A DNA stretch of 64,000 nucleotides from Hydrolagus affinis (taxonomy: Eukaryota). The notes below the pieces were generated by a model, which was given only the letters and a program-made list of their open reading frames with translations, did not search any database and was not told the DNA's origin. Both the position numbers and the translations under genes were made by a program. Shown piece after piece: positions 1 to 13,305 of the stretch. Location of the stretch: contig JAAILG010000070.1 in assembly GCA_012026655.1 (NCBI GenBank), forward strand, positions 62,001 through 126,000, read 5' to 3'. Position 1 is the first letter of the stretch; every line of letters starts with the position of its first letter.

Positions 1-34
1 GGAGTAAGAAACTAGAGTGTCTATATGTGCCACC

Positions 35-170
35 CTGCTGTGCGCAATTGGCTGCCGCATTTGGCCTAGAAAATATACAGCAATTCACTTTACAGTATAT
101 TCTGTGAAGTGCTTTGAGATGTCTTGAAGGCCTGATAAGGCGCTATATCAAATGCAAGGATTATTATTAA
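35..170 (+). mobile_element. Young tRNA-headed Deu-type SINE, 3' fragment
   Basis: CTGCTGTGCGCAATTGGCTGCCGC...GCGCTATATCAAATGCAAGGATTATTATT, shared with full-length copies. Confidence 0.85.
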
Positions 171-1204
171 TAAAGTCAAAATGTTGAAGCAAAGGAAGAG
201 AATTTGGGCAAGCAAATAGGGTTCAAGGGTTGCATGGTGGGGGGTGGAGAGGAGGAAAGAAGGTATACTGAAGGCATTTGAAGGTCATGACAAAATTTTT
301 TGAAGTCGATCACTGTCAAACTCATGATGCAGTGGGAGAATGTGCCAACGTGAGACTGGGAATGGTAGTGAGGGGAGGGGGGAGGGATTCTAAATGCAAT
401 AAGTTAGAAGGAATTGTACTGTTGCAACATGATTAAAGAGAAATAACTCATTTTTAAGTTCTCAAATATAATACTTGGGGACATGTGGAGACTTGAAGAA
501 TGGGGTTTGGTGAATAAAGTTCAAAGGCTTTCTAAACATTTCAGTGGTTTGCCTCATCGCAGCTACGCGCAGATAAAAGTCACTTCTGCACTCGAAGCAA
601 TCCTTGCTGAATCCTTCCTCCCCACCCCCCTTCTCCCATTCAACCATAATTGGCAATACCGAGATTTCATGTCACAATCATGCCTGCAGTGATTATGCAG
701 CTCACCGTAATAAAACGAGCGCCGCTGGAATTAGGTCAGCGTAATTCAAACTACATCTTAGCTGTCAACACTACAGACCTGACTTTGCTTCATCTAAAGC
801 AGTTTGAAATGCTTTAATAGAACATAAAAGCTCAATTTATAAACCAGGCTCCTTATACGTTAGCGTGACTTATCCTGACTCAGGCAGTACACAGATGCAG
901 TGGTGTAGTGGTGCCTGCGTGCGTTACTAATGGATTTTTTTTTTTAAATTCCAGAACTGACAAATTACTGCTGATAAATTAGTTGAAAATGTCAAAAACA
1001 CATTCACAGTTTGCATTTCAGAATTCTGAGTAATGTACTGATATTTAAAAAAAAAAAAGATTTCATAAACTGTGTTGAGTGCATTAGAAGACAGTCACTC
1101 TGACTCTGTTTTATACACATATCAATCTGTCTCCCTCATCTGCTGCCATCCCCCCCACTCCCGGTCTCTCTCTCTCGCCCCTTATTTCTGGTCCTGTCTG
1201 CTGG

Positions 1205-1460
1205 TTCTTTCAGATGAGATAATCTCATCTGATTATTCAGGCAAATGTTAAAGTTCCCATGAAACTATTTAAAAGAAAGGAGTTTCCTGATGTCCTGACC
1301 AACAATCTCCCAGATTAAAATTTTTTTACTTACTGGCTATGTATAGGACCATGATGCACGTAAATTGGCTGCCGCATTCACCCACAAATACACAGAAAAT
1401 CTGAAAATTTGAGATGTTTCAATCCGATAAGGTGTTCTACTCGAAGCAAAGATTATTATT
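1205..1460 (+). mobile_element. Old DeuSINE (SacSINE1/AmnSINE-like) fragment
   Basis: TTCAGATGAGA...AAAGTTCCCATG...GGAGTTTCCTGATGTCCTGACCAACAAT...AAATTGGCTGCC Deu-domain motifs. Confidence 0.7.
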
Positions 1461-1840
1461 GTGGAGTTACTATCAACTGCCAGACCAATTTTAAACAGCC
1501 AAACCTAACGCTATCTACACAGAGGCAACACACATGCACGAGTGCAGAGAGTTAGGAAAAGAGAACTGTACTGCGGGATTAAAGCTGATACGAATGGTTT
1601 AAGACAGGTGTGATAATGGATAGTGTGTAGATGTGTCTCAGGATCTGAGGTGTGTGAGCAATGAAGGGAGAATCTATGATTTGACCATGTATCAGGCAGT
1701 CGATCAGTGCACATTTAGGAACTTAATCACTCGATTGGGTGAGGTAGTTTTTCATCAATAATTAGGCATTAAATTAATTCTGAAAACAAGTCAATGAACA
1801 GTGTTAGATTTGACTATTAAATGACTGGTGGCGACAGTAC

Positions 1841-2097
1841 ATAATGATAATAATAATCTTTGCATTTGATATAGCGCTTTTCACGTCTTCTAGACGCCTC
1901 AAAGTGCTTCACAGAATATACTGTAAAGTGAATTGACTGCATACATTTGTGAGCGAACGTGGCTGCCAATTGCTTACAGCAGTGTCCCACAAACAATCAT
2001 GGATTGAATTGAACAATTTATTATTGTTTTTTTTGGGGGGAATTATTATTAGGTGTGTGGTGTGGAGTAAGGAAACTTGCCCAAGATTTCACCCTGC
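1841..2097 (-). mobile_element. Young SINE, 5'-truncated
   Basis: Reverse complement of the family body and tail. Confidence 0.9.
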
Positions 2098-3107
2098 AAA
2101 AATTGTGGATATGAGGGGAAATACTGTCATGTATGGTCTGACTGAGACCGCGTTTTAAGCTTCCTCTCAGATGCTGAGAGACCAGTTCTGCATCTCTAGC
2201 ATATCTTTTTTTTAAAAAAAACCTCTTAGCAACAGGATTCTCAAGAGGACTGTCAGGCAACTCCGGGAAAGAGAATCTTTTAAAATAAAAAAGAGGAGTT
2301 TGTGGGTGAATGCAGCAGGCAATTTGCCCAGCACAATGTCTCACAAACACCATGGAGTGAGTGAGTGACCAGAATTGTTGGCCAGGACACTGGAGAAAAA
2401 AAACCCTTCCCTTTCTTATTGAATAGAGCCATGGGATGATGGCCAACTGGACACAGACGGAGACAGGTTAACATCTCATCCAAAGAATGGCATCTCCAAC
2501 TCGGTCATTATCATGAGGAGGTGCACCACAGAGGCCAAGGTTGCTATGATCTATAGACAGGGAGCTGTTTGGTATGGCCTACAAAAGAGCAACAACAACA
2601 ACACGTGACATGTGCAGACATCATATGGCCACAAACGACTGCGTGCTGATGATGCCTATAACATCATTGGAGACGAAGAATGAGCTTAACTGCAACATGA
2701 ACAATGACTTGTGACACTGATACTGTTCCTTGCTATTTTTGGAGTGTTTAATATTGCTCACTGACAGAATCATTATTCACTCAATCTAATTTGCTTCAAA
2801 GTCCATAAAGGAGGGAAGAAATTCTCCTAGCCAAATCCAGTTAGGAGGCAAGGAGATCGAAAGCATGACCATTGCAATGTGTGGGACTAGGATCATGATG
2901 ACAATCATTACATACACAATACCAAAGCTTTGCTTGTATTGTCGCATGATAACAAACACCTTGCCAATGGACATATCACATGCATCTACAGACCAAGTAC
3001 TGCCCGACATTAAGATTGCACAAATAAAGATACCCACTGATAAACCTAACCAGAAGTATAACACTCCAATCAGCAGGAAGGCTGCATTTAGCAATAAACA
3101 GGTCCTT

Positions 3108-4120
3108 CTCAGATGGGCAGGATGTGACTAGTGGAGCGCCACAAGGATCAGTGCTTGGGCCTCAACTATTTACAGCTTATATCAATGATTTAGATGAGGA
3201 AATTTAGATGAGAGCTCAACATAGCTAAATTTTAGGATGAAATGAAACTAGGTGGGAGAGTAAGGTGTGAGGGTGACACAAGTAGAATTCAAAGGGATAT
3301 AGACAGGCTAGGTGAGTGGGCAAGAAGGTGGCAGATGGAGTATAATGTGGGGAGTTATTCACCTAGGTGGTAAAAACAGAAGAATTTATTATTTTCTGGA
3401 TGGGGAGAGACTAGGCAGTGTTAATGTTCGGAGGGATTTGGGGTCCTTGTACACCAGTCACAAAAGGTTAGTATGCAGGTACAGCAAGCAATTAGGAAGG
3501 TTAATGGCATGTTGGCATTCACTGCATAAGGGTTAGAGTAGGGAAGTGTCTTGCTGTATTTGTATAGAGCTTTGGTGAGTCCTCACCTAGAATATTGTGT
3601 GCAGTTTTGGTTTTAAGAAAAGACATACATGCCTTAGAGGGGGTGCAGCGGAGATTCACTAGGTTGGTTCCTGGGATGAAGGGGTTGACCTATGAGGATA
3701 GGTTGAGTAAACTAGGCCTATATTCTCTAGAATATAGAAGAATTAGAGGTGATCTTATAGAAACATATAAGATTCTTAAGGGGCTTGACAAAGCAGACAG
3801 TGTGAGACTGGTAGGAGAATCTATAACTAGGGGTCATAATCTCAAGATTAAGGGTCAGCCTTTTCAAACAGAATTGAAGAAACATTTCTTCACTCAGAGG
3901 GTAATGAATTTACGGAATTCTCTACCCCCAAAAGGCTGTGGATGCTCAGTCCTTGAACATACTCAAGACAGAGATTGATAGATTCCTAAAGGATTGAGGG
4001 ATATGAAGATAAGGTGAGGAAATGGAATTAGGTTAGAAGATCAGCCATGATCTTATTTAATGGCGGGGCAAGCTCAAGAAGCCGAATGGCCTTTTCCTGC
4101 TCCTATTTCTTATATTCTTA
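3108..4120 (+). mobile_element. CR1 LINE 3' fragment (reverse transcriptase C-terminus and 3' tail), frameshifted
   Basis: Encodes VTSGAPQGSVLGPQLF..YINDLD and LEGVQRRFTRLVPGMKGLTYEDRL..LGLYSLE.RR.RGDLIETYKIL. Confidence 0.93.
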
Positions 4121-6059
4121 TTAACACAAATTACTCTGGAACAGAGATCCTGCAGGTTGACAAGAACTCCAAGCAGGATTCCTTAATAATAATCCTTGCA
4201 TTTGATTTAGTGTTTTGCACATTATTATTTTTTTCCACGTTATTATTATTATTCCTTACTAAGAAATGCTACAGAATCTAATGCCTGCTTCAGTTTCTCA
4301 TAAAAATCCAGGGTTGGCTCAGCCAGGCAAAAACCAGGTTTAATTGCTGTCCTGCAGAGTTAGTTCTGTGAGTATATATGTGTTTGCTGTACCCTCTTGA
4401 GAATATACAGGCAGACATCATCCTTGCTCTTGACCCTCGAGTCACAAGGTTGAGGGTTCAATTTTCACATCAAAACAGGTGTGCACAATCGCCTACCACG
4501 ATTGCCTACAGATAAAGTTACTACACTTTACAGAATGTTTCAATGTTATAAGGCGATATAGCAAAGATTAACAGAAAGAAACAGACAGAGAACCTGCTCC
4601 AAAATCATGAGACAACTGGCTTCAGTCTCCCTGAAAATAGGAGCCCAGCGCCAGAACTTGTGAGTTCAAGTCCAAACGTGGGGCTTGAGCCCACAACCTT
4701 CTGGCAAGAGGAATGCAGTAAGTGACGTATCCTCTAGCAGTAACTGTACTGGTCTGCCAATAACTCCCAAAGAGTGGAGAGATAATTACTGCAATGTTTA
4801 AATGAGTAATGCATTGTGTAGTTCTGAGCTCTGGGAATCAGTTTTGGTTCATTTTAATTGGTCTTATGCAAAGATGATCTATTACGTGACATGTAACCCA
4901 CATTGATCACTTTATCAGCTCCCTGCTTTAGGCCATACAGTCAGACCCTCTGTGTGCTTCTAACCATCCATCTTCAGTACACAAACTCCTTGTAGGGCAG
5001 GGAGTCTCATTAAAACAGACAGCTGTTCAGCCTCCAGGCACAATTTCCCCAAGAAATGCAGTATCCACACATGGGCGCTACAGCTGATAACCTTGGCCTA
5101 ATTCATTTAAATTCTGACAAGTCGAAAACAGCAGAGATTGTTGTTCTTATATAAAAAGGGTGCATTTAACAGCCTCAGTTACCAATAAAATCTTAGATTT
5201 CTTCCAGGTCTCAGTGTCTCAAACCCAGGAAAATGCTTTCAAAGATTTGACCCCGTGTTAAGCTGATGCCACAATCTCAAACACTGCTCTGCTCTTGCTT
5301 CTCTTTCTTGCAGGAGTCTTGTTAGGTAGAGTTCTCCCAACGTGAAAGGCGCTCTAGAAATTTTTTTTTGTTGTTGTTTTGTTGTAGAGAAACTGATCAA
5401 GACAATCCACAAATTCTGATACACAACTACAGTAATATAAAAAAAAATTATGTGGAATTTGGCATTTAGGACAACGTAATGAATAGAAAATTCAAATACT
5501 TGATTAAAAAAAATACCCATCAGGGTATTGGCTAATAACACAATCTGTTCAATGTGCAAACTTTTGGAAATATCATTAGATATTCATAGTATAATGAGAC
5601 ACATATTCAAACAGTTATAAAATTTGCATTTTCCTAACTCCCAAGCTTAAAATATCTCAGGGAGCTTTAACAGTAATTACTACAATACCTACAAATACAG
5701 TCACTTCACTGTAAATCTTGTGAGGCACTTTGTGATGGTTTCCTGAAATTAAGTATATTAAATGCAGGGATTATTTTATTCATTAAGTATGCTGTTCCTG
5801 ACTCCAGCTCGGGTCTGAAACAACGACAGCCTTGGGTTGTCCTCCTGACGTGAAAGATGCTATACAAGTGTAACTTTGTTGTTGTTGACTATTTTTGGAG
5901 GCAAATAACTATTATATACAATATAAATGTGTGGCCTCTCCAGCACCAGATTCCACTGGTGCACCATTCCCCATTGAATTTGAATGCAAAAAGCCTCGAC
6001 TTCGCTTTCAAATCCTCCAATGCCCCCCCGCTTTACCTTCTGTGATCCTATTGGCGGTA

Positions 6060-6315
6060 AAATCAAGGCACATCATCCTGCTTTCTGTCCACCATTCTCT
6101 GCAACTCCACCCCAGAGCCTCACTGCATTACTTCCTCCCCTCAATTTCAAAACCCACCTTAAGACCCATCCCTTCAACAATGCTTCCAGTCCCCACTTCA
6201 GCTTCCACACTTTTTCTGCTGTTAATACAGAAATTTTATTTTATTCAGCACCTTGGGACGTCCGCCTGACATGAAAGGCACTATACAAGTGCAATTTTGT
6301 TTTTATTGTTGTTTT
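6060..6315 (+). mobile_element. L2-type LINE 3' end
   Basis: ...LNFKTHLKTHPF C-terminal motif followed by a stem-loop tail and (TTG)n. Confidence 0.75.
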
Positions 6316-6559
6316 ATTCAATAACTTTTTCAAACAACATTTCAACTGTGTGGCTGGAACTAAATATTAGAGGAATGTTTTACTCATTAAATAAGAAAAA
6401 TCCTGGAGACTTCCATCAAATATTCCCTCCGTGGACAAACTAAATGGACAGCATCATGAAAATCTGTCCAAGATGTTAATCAATTTACCCATCATCACCT
6501 AGAATGATCGGCCCACTGAATCACTTTTTAAAAACACAATAAAACACAGAGTTTTAAAT

Positions 6560-7100
6560 CTTCACAGCTACCGCTGTTCCCTGTGACAAGCAAAAATGCC
6601 ACACTACTCTAACATCATTCTGGAGGGGAAAGATAACTTCAAAACCCTATTCTCCACTGCCCACCACCTCCTCCTTGCATCCCACAAGCACCCTCAATCA
6701 TTACATTCAATGCCAAGTTCAAAGAGGTTAGACAATATTGACAATATCCACCTGGCAGCCTCATCCTTCTGCACTGTTTCACCCAACACTACCATTCTGT
6801 CTCCCTTACCTACCCCACTTTCAGCTCCTACCATGGCCCCCATCCTACATTAATTTGCCCCCATCTCTCCTTCCTCTCTCTAATCCACCATCATCACAAT
6901 GAAACCCACCACTTACTGACATGAAAGGCACTCTATAAATGTAATTTTGTTGTTGTACTGTCTCAACCCCCTCCTCACCCAATTGCTGATCATCCCGCTC
7001 CCCTTCCTCTGCCCATTGCTGGGGGACATCATTAACCAGTCCCCGTCCTCAGGATCAATCCCACTCCCCCTCAAAACCGTTGTCATCACCCCACTCTGTT
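6560..7100 (+). mobile_element. L2-type LINE ORF2 fragments
   Basis: HYSNIILEGKDNFKTLFST and C-rich L2-like sequence (SLDP.PT.LL, IIN.S..SG..P..LK..V.TP-like). Confidence 0.65.
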
Positions 7101-7884
7101 TACCCTAGTTGTTGCTAAACACCATTGGCTACCTGCCACAGAATGGATCGACTTCTGAAGACCTTTCACTTGGACCACACTTATTATCATCTTCTCCCTC
7201 CCCCTGGCACGGCCTCGGGCTCCGCCATTGTAAAGCGCTCTGAGACACCACCTGGTGTTACATAAATGCAAGTTATTCTTGTTGCAATATTGATCGGATA
7301 GGAATTGACTGGGCTGCATAGACCAATTCCGATAAAGATCTCCGTAAATGACTGCAATCTAACCTCAAGTATTGACAAAAGCGGCACTTTCCACCCAAAA
7401 TCAAACTGTGAATACTAAATACCGGTATCTTTCGTCCTCTGCTTTATGGCACAGTGGAAGCATGTCGCACCTACCAGCTGAATAAGGGGACAAAGCGGGG
7501 AGATTTATTTGAACCATTAGGACAGCAACTTGCATTTATATAATGGGTAAATCTTTTTCGTGCATATGGGCAACTTCTCTTTTTCTGGCCTAAGTCTTCA
7601 CTAACACAGCACATTGCAGATGAATGTAGAAAGCTCCGGTGGGAGGTTGTTAGCACCAGCAGAGGCACAATGAAGGGGAACAGGGGAATTGGATCACATA
7701 AATGCTCTTCCATCAGTGGCTCTTCCGTTATGCTCTTGGCATAACGAGAACATCTGGCACCACACCCACAGTCATTGAAAAATAATTAACCAGTTCTTCA
7801 CTAGAAAGCTATCCAGATAAACATGACCGGGTTGTGAACATGTACAAATGCAAAGTATCTGACATGGGTACTGGTAAGCACCTT

Positions 7885-8385
7885 AGAATAAAGAAACATA
7901 AGAAGTTAGGAATAGGATAAGGCGATTCAGACAACTGAGTCCATAGGAACACGAGCAGGCCATTCAACCCATCGAGCCTGTTCCGCCATTTAATTAGTTC
8001 ATGGCTGATCTGTATCTCTAATCCTTTCAATTCCAATTTCCCGCTTTCTCCCCATATCCCTTAATACCCCGATTTACCAAAAATCTATCAACCTCACTCT
8101 TGAAGGTGTGGATGGATCCAGCATCCATGACCTTTTGGAGGAGAAAATTCCAGATTTCTACCACCCGTTGAATGAAAAAATGCCTGATTTCACTCTTAAA
8201 TGGCCTGGTTCTAATTTTAAGACTATGTTTTGCATTCCCGCATCAGAGGAAATAGCTTCTCTGTATCCACGCTTTCAAATCCCTTTATCATCCTAAAAAC
8301 CTCTATCAAATCCCCCTTCAATCTTCTCAAGTCAAGGGAATACAATCCGAGTTTACGCAGCCTTTCCTCGTAACTTAACCCACAT
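7885..8385 (-). mobile_element. CR1 LINE 3' fragment
   Basis: LSYEERLRKLGLYSLDLRRLKGDLIEVFRMIKG plus the CR1 tail. Confidence 0.9.
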
Positions 8386-8789
8386 TGCCAAAGATCATTC
8401 GAAGGCATTTCTATCATATCCTTCAATATTTCTACTTCCCATGTCAATCCATCACTTTCTATCCACAAAAAAATTCTGCATTGATCCCATTGTAGAACAA
8501 AGTGCAATAATGTTATTCCAGTTTAGTGTGAAGCTGCTCAGCCCATAATGCATTCTGCCTCTGACCGTTTCCCTACTCTCATCTTTCTTCCTCACTAGAG
8601 AGGAAGGGCATTTATATTGTCACCTTCAGTTCTACAGATATGGATGTGGCTACACTAAAACACACAATCATTGGGTGTGTTCCAACTTGCATACATCAAC
8701 AACCTTTGTTACTTCACTTTCTTAAAAACAGAAGTAGGAACAGAATTTGTTGGCACAGTAGGCACATCTCAAATGTGTATTTTAAGTCA

Positions 8790-9165
8790 CGATTTTAGCC
8801 TGACTCAGTTGGCAGCACTCCTGCTTCCTAGTTAGAAGGTTTATGGTTCAAGACAATAAAACATTTTATATGCAGTTTCTGGCTTTACAACAACTTGGGA
8901 TCGTTTGGCTTTAAAACAATCCATGCAATTACCAGAACTCAGTGATTATGATGTCAAACCCACACAGAGAAACTGAACCTCAAGTCGAGGTCAGCTCTGC
9001 GATGCATTACCAAGGGAGCACTAGATTATTGGATGTGCCATCCTTTGGATATATAACCAACCAAGTTTCCATCTGCCTGTTCTTTGGGTGAATTTTAAAG
9101 AAACTTTAACACTATTGTAAAAGAGAATAGAGTTTCCCCTGATGTCCTGACCAACAATCCTTCAG
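8790..9165 (+). mobile_element. Old DeuSINE fragment
   Basis: GACTCAGTTGGCAGCACTC head remnant and Deu-domain motifs (ATCTGCCTGTTC, GATGTCCTGACCAACAAT). Confidence 0.65.
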
Positions 9166-9167
9166 TT

Positions 9168-9305
9168 AACAAAACACAAAATACTACAGATGCTGGGAAT
9201 CTGAAACACAAACAAAAGTTGCTGGGGAAATTCAGCAGGTCAAGCAGAATCCATGGAGAAAGGAAAAAGAGTCAATGTTTCGGGTCTACAACCCTTCGTC
9301 GGGAG
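9168..9305 (-). mobile_element. Penelope-type terminal repeat remnant with a decayed hammerhead motif
   Basis: Minus strand CCGACGAAGGGTTGTAGACCCGAAACATTG, followed by ...TGACCTGCTGA...CCAGCA...TTCAGATTCCCAGCATCTG. Confidence 0.6.
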
Positions 9306-10329
9306 CACTTCAACAGCGCAACATACTGTGCAATTACACTCCTCCCAGCTCAAACTACAGACACGAGAGATTTATTTTATGGAAGATCAGAGTATAGGGG
9401 CTTTCCACTGCAGTTCACTGAATATCATTTTAGACAGATCAACCATCTGTACGTAATGTAACTGAACAGAGAATGTAGATGGCTCCATTAGGGTAGCTTG
9501 CACCAATGCAGACACAACAGACCAAATGGCCTCCTTCAGTCCTGTGAGCATCGTATGACTCTGTGTATTGCCCTGACATTGGGTAGGGCCACGGTATTCT
9601 CTTTTTATGGACTCCCTTCATCCCCAGGCAACAGAGTTTGAGAAAGTTATTACTGTAGAAGTCATTACAAATCAGTACTGCAGTATTATAGAGAAACAAA
9701 GGATAAGTGCCTGTAGACTACAGCGATTTAAAATAGACGCTGGCAGAGCCAGTGGGTAAGACTGGCTGATGGTACAAGGTGGTTCATTTAACCCTGGGCC
9801 TTTCATAGATTTATGGCGCATAGATCCAGGCTCCAATTGACACTCCAGATGAGAGATATTAGTTAGCTGGCAATTATGATAAATACATTTAAGCATCCCA
9901 CCGTTGAACGAAGCGGTATAAAGAAAGACAAATGTCTACATTATCAGAATGTGCTGAGCATGTCTACAGCAATCTGGATGAAACATTATACAGTATAGAC
10001 AGAGCCTTGCACTGCACTTACTGTTTTACAAGCAATATATTATAATAAATTTGATACAGCATTCAATATCGAGAATTGTTTCAAAGTGCTTGGCAAAGTG
10101 CAAAGGCATTACTTTACCTTGCGCAATATGTTACAAAGGTTACAGCACATTGTGGCTGTGCTCGATCCCCCAATGCAACTATCAACTCTAATCCCATTTC
10201 CCTGCTCTATACCTCAACCCTTCCTCAAGTATTTGTCCATTGCGCTTCAAAATAGATTCAGCCCAAACAGCTGTTCATGGTAAGGCTTTGCACATTCTGA
10301 CAACCCTCTATGTAAAGAAACTCTTCGAA

Positions 10330-10400
10330 TCTCAGCTGGTGTAGTGGTATCATGCAAGATTCCCATTCGTGTCACCCGGGTTCGATTCCCGGGCAGAGAA
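10330..10400 (+). tRNA. tRNA-Gly(CCC)-like gene or pseudogene
   Basis: 71 nt, colinear with vertebrate tRNA-Gly-CCC (TGGTGTAGTGGTATCATGCAAGATTCCCATTC...CCCGGGTTCGATTCCCGG). Intact A and B boxes, TTTT at 10406-10409, one mismatch each in the acceptor and anticodon stems. Confidence 0.8.
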
Positions 10401-10413
10401 TCATCTTTTACGT

Positions 10414-10750
10414 GGTATCCTGTAGCTCAGTGGGGAGAGCACTCGCCTTGCAAACGAGAAATCTGGGTTTGATTCCCAGCAAAGGCGAAACCGTGGGCAA
10501 GTTTCCTTACTCCACACACATGATAATAATTCCTCAAGAAATAAACAATAATAAATCAGTCACTTCAATCCATGACTATCTGTGGGACACTGCTGTGTGC
10601 AATTGGCTACCGTGTCTCACCCACAAATATACAGTCAATTCACTTTACAGTATATTCTGTGAAGAGCTTTGAGACGTCTAGAAGACGTGATAAGGCGTTG
10701 TATCAAATGCAAGGATTATTGACCTTTGATCAAATGCAAGTATTATTATT
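10414..10750 (+). mobile_element. Young SINE, full length, with duplicated tail
   Basis: tRNA-like head TGTAGCTCAGTGG...GGGTTTGATTCC, body, and ATCAAATGCAAG tail present twice. Confidence 0.92.
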
Positions 10751-12366
10751 TTGTTTTCAAAAGATTATCCAAATAACAAATAAATAAATCCAAATAAATA
10801 TCCAAAACAACTGAGAAAAGATAGTGGACGGATGACAGGAAGGTAATTTGAACTAATTCTGACAACACAAAGCCACAAGAGAAGAGCTGCAGAGAGATCA
10901 AAACACGAACAAAACTAATAGGAACTAATAACAACTCACAAGCGACGTTTTATTCAGTAATTTGGAATGCTTCTTACTGTTACACAGTGAGGCAGGTGAA
11001 AGTGCGAGAAAGATACTGAAGAGAAAAAAGCAGGAGCTGCTGAGTTTAAGATAACCTTCATTAGTTGCATTTGCCTACAAAAAAAAGTCACTCCACTTTA
11101 TAGTAAATCCTGTGAAACACTTTGAGACATCCTACCCACATGAAATGCACTATAACAAATTAAGGATTATTTATTTCCAGATCATCCCTTCTTCAATTCA
11201 ATCATGAACATGTCCTGCTATGATTGAGATAGATTTTAAGGATGTCTCCCATCAGAATCTATTACAAAGTAAAGTTTTCCTTCTAGTTCACTTTCCCTTC
11301 TCCACCAAGTTTATTCCAAAAATGCAAATCTCATCACATTTGTGAGATGTTATAAATTAGCTGCTGAGTTTACCTCCATTGTAACAGGCACTTAATTTTG
11401 ATTCTGTAAATAAATGAAAGTTTTTAAAAACAATGAGGAATCCTGTGAATGTCACTGCACACAATGAACATGAAACGTACCCCAGCCACAGTCAATCACA
11501 TACACCCACTCGAGTCCCACCCTCAAGCAGGTCTTTAGCATTTCAAACATGTGATACTAGGGAGTGAGTTCAAGGTTGCAGTATACCCTCAAACAAAATG
11601 CCATCTAACCCATTGGATAAGAGAGCACACAGTACATTATTCTTGTGCATCACTCATCTATTAGATTACAGCTATTAGCCTTTTCTGCAGCTAATGTACA
11701 GGGAGCACCATTACGCTGACATGAAAGGATCTATCACTGTAATTCAAATCACACCCAATAAAACAGTATTTTAATTCAATGATGGATTTGACAGTTTTAC
11801 AATCTTTGCACTACCCTACAAAGAGAAATCCTTCTGTGTAGGTTAAAAAGCGCAACACAAAGTGAGGGGCTTTCGAGGATCTGAAACAGAATCAGAGAAT
11901 TCAGCCGTTTGGCCCATCATGCCCATGCTTCACTGCAGCGGTATTAAGGGGGAAATATTTTAAGAAAACACCAGTTAGTATGTCTAAGCACAAGAGAGTA
12001 ATAGGGAAGGTGAAACATCCAGGACTTGTTTTATAAACAGTTCACGGTTTGATGGGGAAAATGGTTTCGTGTTTTCTTCTGAGGAGATAAGATCGATTGC
12101 TGAGGAGCTATCTTCATCGAAATTTCTTGTGATTTCTCTGGTAATGAATCAGTTGATCACAGAGAACTTTACAAATAGTCGTAATCTCTTTTGTCTTAAG
12201 GGAAATATCGGCAGCATTCCCACCCCCAGCCACTCACAGGAGAAACAATCCCAGAGACATTTCATACTAAATAGAATTCTGCTCCCCAACAGTGAGCAAA
12301 ACAAACAAACAGGCAACCGTGCTCTGCAGTCTCAATAAATAAACGGCAGGGAATTCAATCACTTAC

Positions 12367-12389
12367 CACACTAATGAATACTGCCTCAT
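12367..12389 (-). other. Candidate 23-nt microexon in the intron after the zinc-finger exon
   Basis: Minus strand CTGAC...ATCTTATTTTTCTAG|ATGAGGCAGTATTCATTAGTGTG|GTAAGT. Confidence 0.35.
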
Positions 12390-13134
12390 CTAGAAAAATA
12401 AGATTGGTAATGGACTGTCAGAAGGGACAAACAGTTTCCTCTTGATTAGGCCTGTATGTCCATAGGGGTTTGAAGTGGGGGGGGGGGGGGAGGCGCTCTC
12501 ACTCATTCTGGGAATCCTTTCTCCTGGTGCAGTAAAACAAATTATTGCACTCCAACTAAACCGGATATTAGTGACTCGCTGTCAGCTTTCCAGGTGCTGG
12601 GAAATCGGAATCGCAGAAATACCATTGCATTGTATACACATAGCCCGGATAGCAATAGCTTAACCAAGGAGCTGGGAAGCCGTGGGCCCTCATTGAGCTG
12701 CAGATTCAGGGTGAGAGAAGACAACTTTGAGCATGAGAGGATTTGAAAGAAGTTCCTCTTCATAATTGAAACATCACATCCACTCACATTGCACACACTG
12801 CTTCTTTCTTTATAAATATTGATTTTATTGATCTGTCAGAACATTGTAAAGCAGCCTCCCTTCCATAGTTGCCACGGTGTAAATAGAATTGGCATTTTGC
12901 AGTGCTCCAGTAATCCTCGGGTAGATTTTTATATTGGAAAATAAACCACATTTCATGCTGAGCTGTTCTGCTTGCTCACCAATAGGCTGCAGGAAGTTTC
13001 TGGTACCTGCTCTCAGACCAGTGAGGGCTCACAACCTGTGTTTCCTAATACCAATTTATAACTACCTTCCAGTGAGTGGGGTGGGGTAGGAATGTCAATA
13101 GAGCTGAGTTGGCTTCAAGGCGCAACGTGGAAAT

Positions 13135-13305
13135 ATTCCCTCAAGAATAAAAAATTTGGTCATTCAATCTACGACTGTTTGTGGCTACTGCATTTCACCC
13201 ACAAATATACAATCAATTCATTTTACAGCATACTCTGTGAAACGCTTTGAGACGACTAGAAGACATGAAAAGTGCTGCATCAAATGCAAGGATTGTTATT
13301 ATTTA
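13135..13305 (+). mobile_element. Young SINE, 3' half
   Basis: Family body and tail. Confidence 0.85.

Noticed and set aside
2021-2446. 141-aa minus-strand ORF
   Set aside because: Runs across two SINE remnants and has no recognisable domain.
2645-2722. Possible C/D-box snoRNA (TGATGA...CTGA)
   Set aside because: Antisense to the host transcript, with no terminal stem or recognisable guide.
3595-3978. Reverse-transcriptase-like ORFs here and at 60332-60954 as host genes or active LINEs
   Set aside because: 5'-truncated, frameshifted CR1 fragments; the catalytic FADD-equivalent near 3230 is disrupted.
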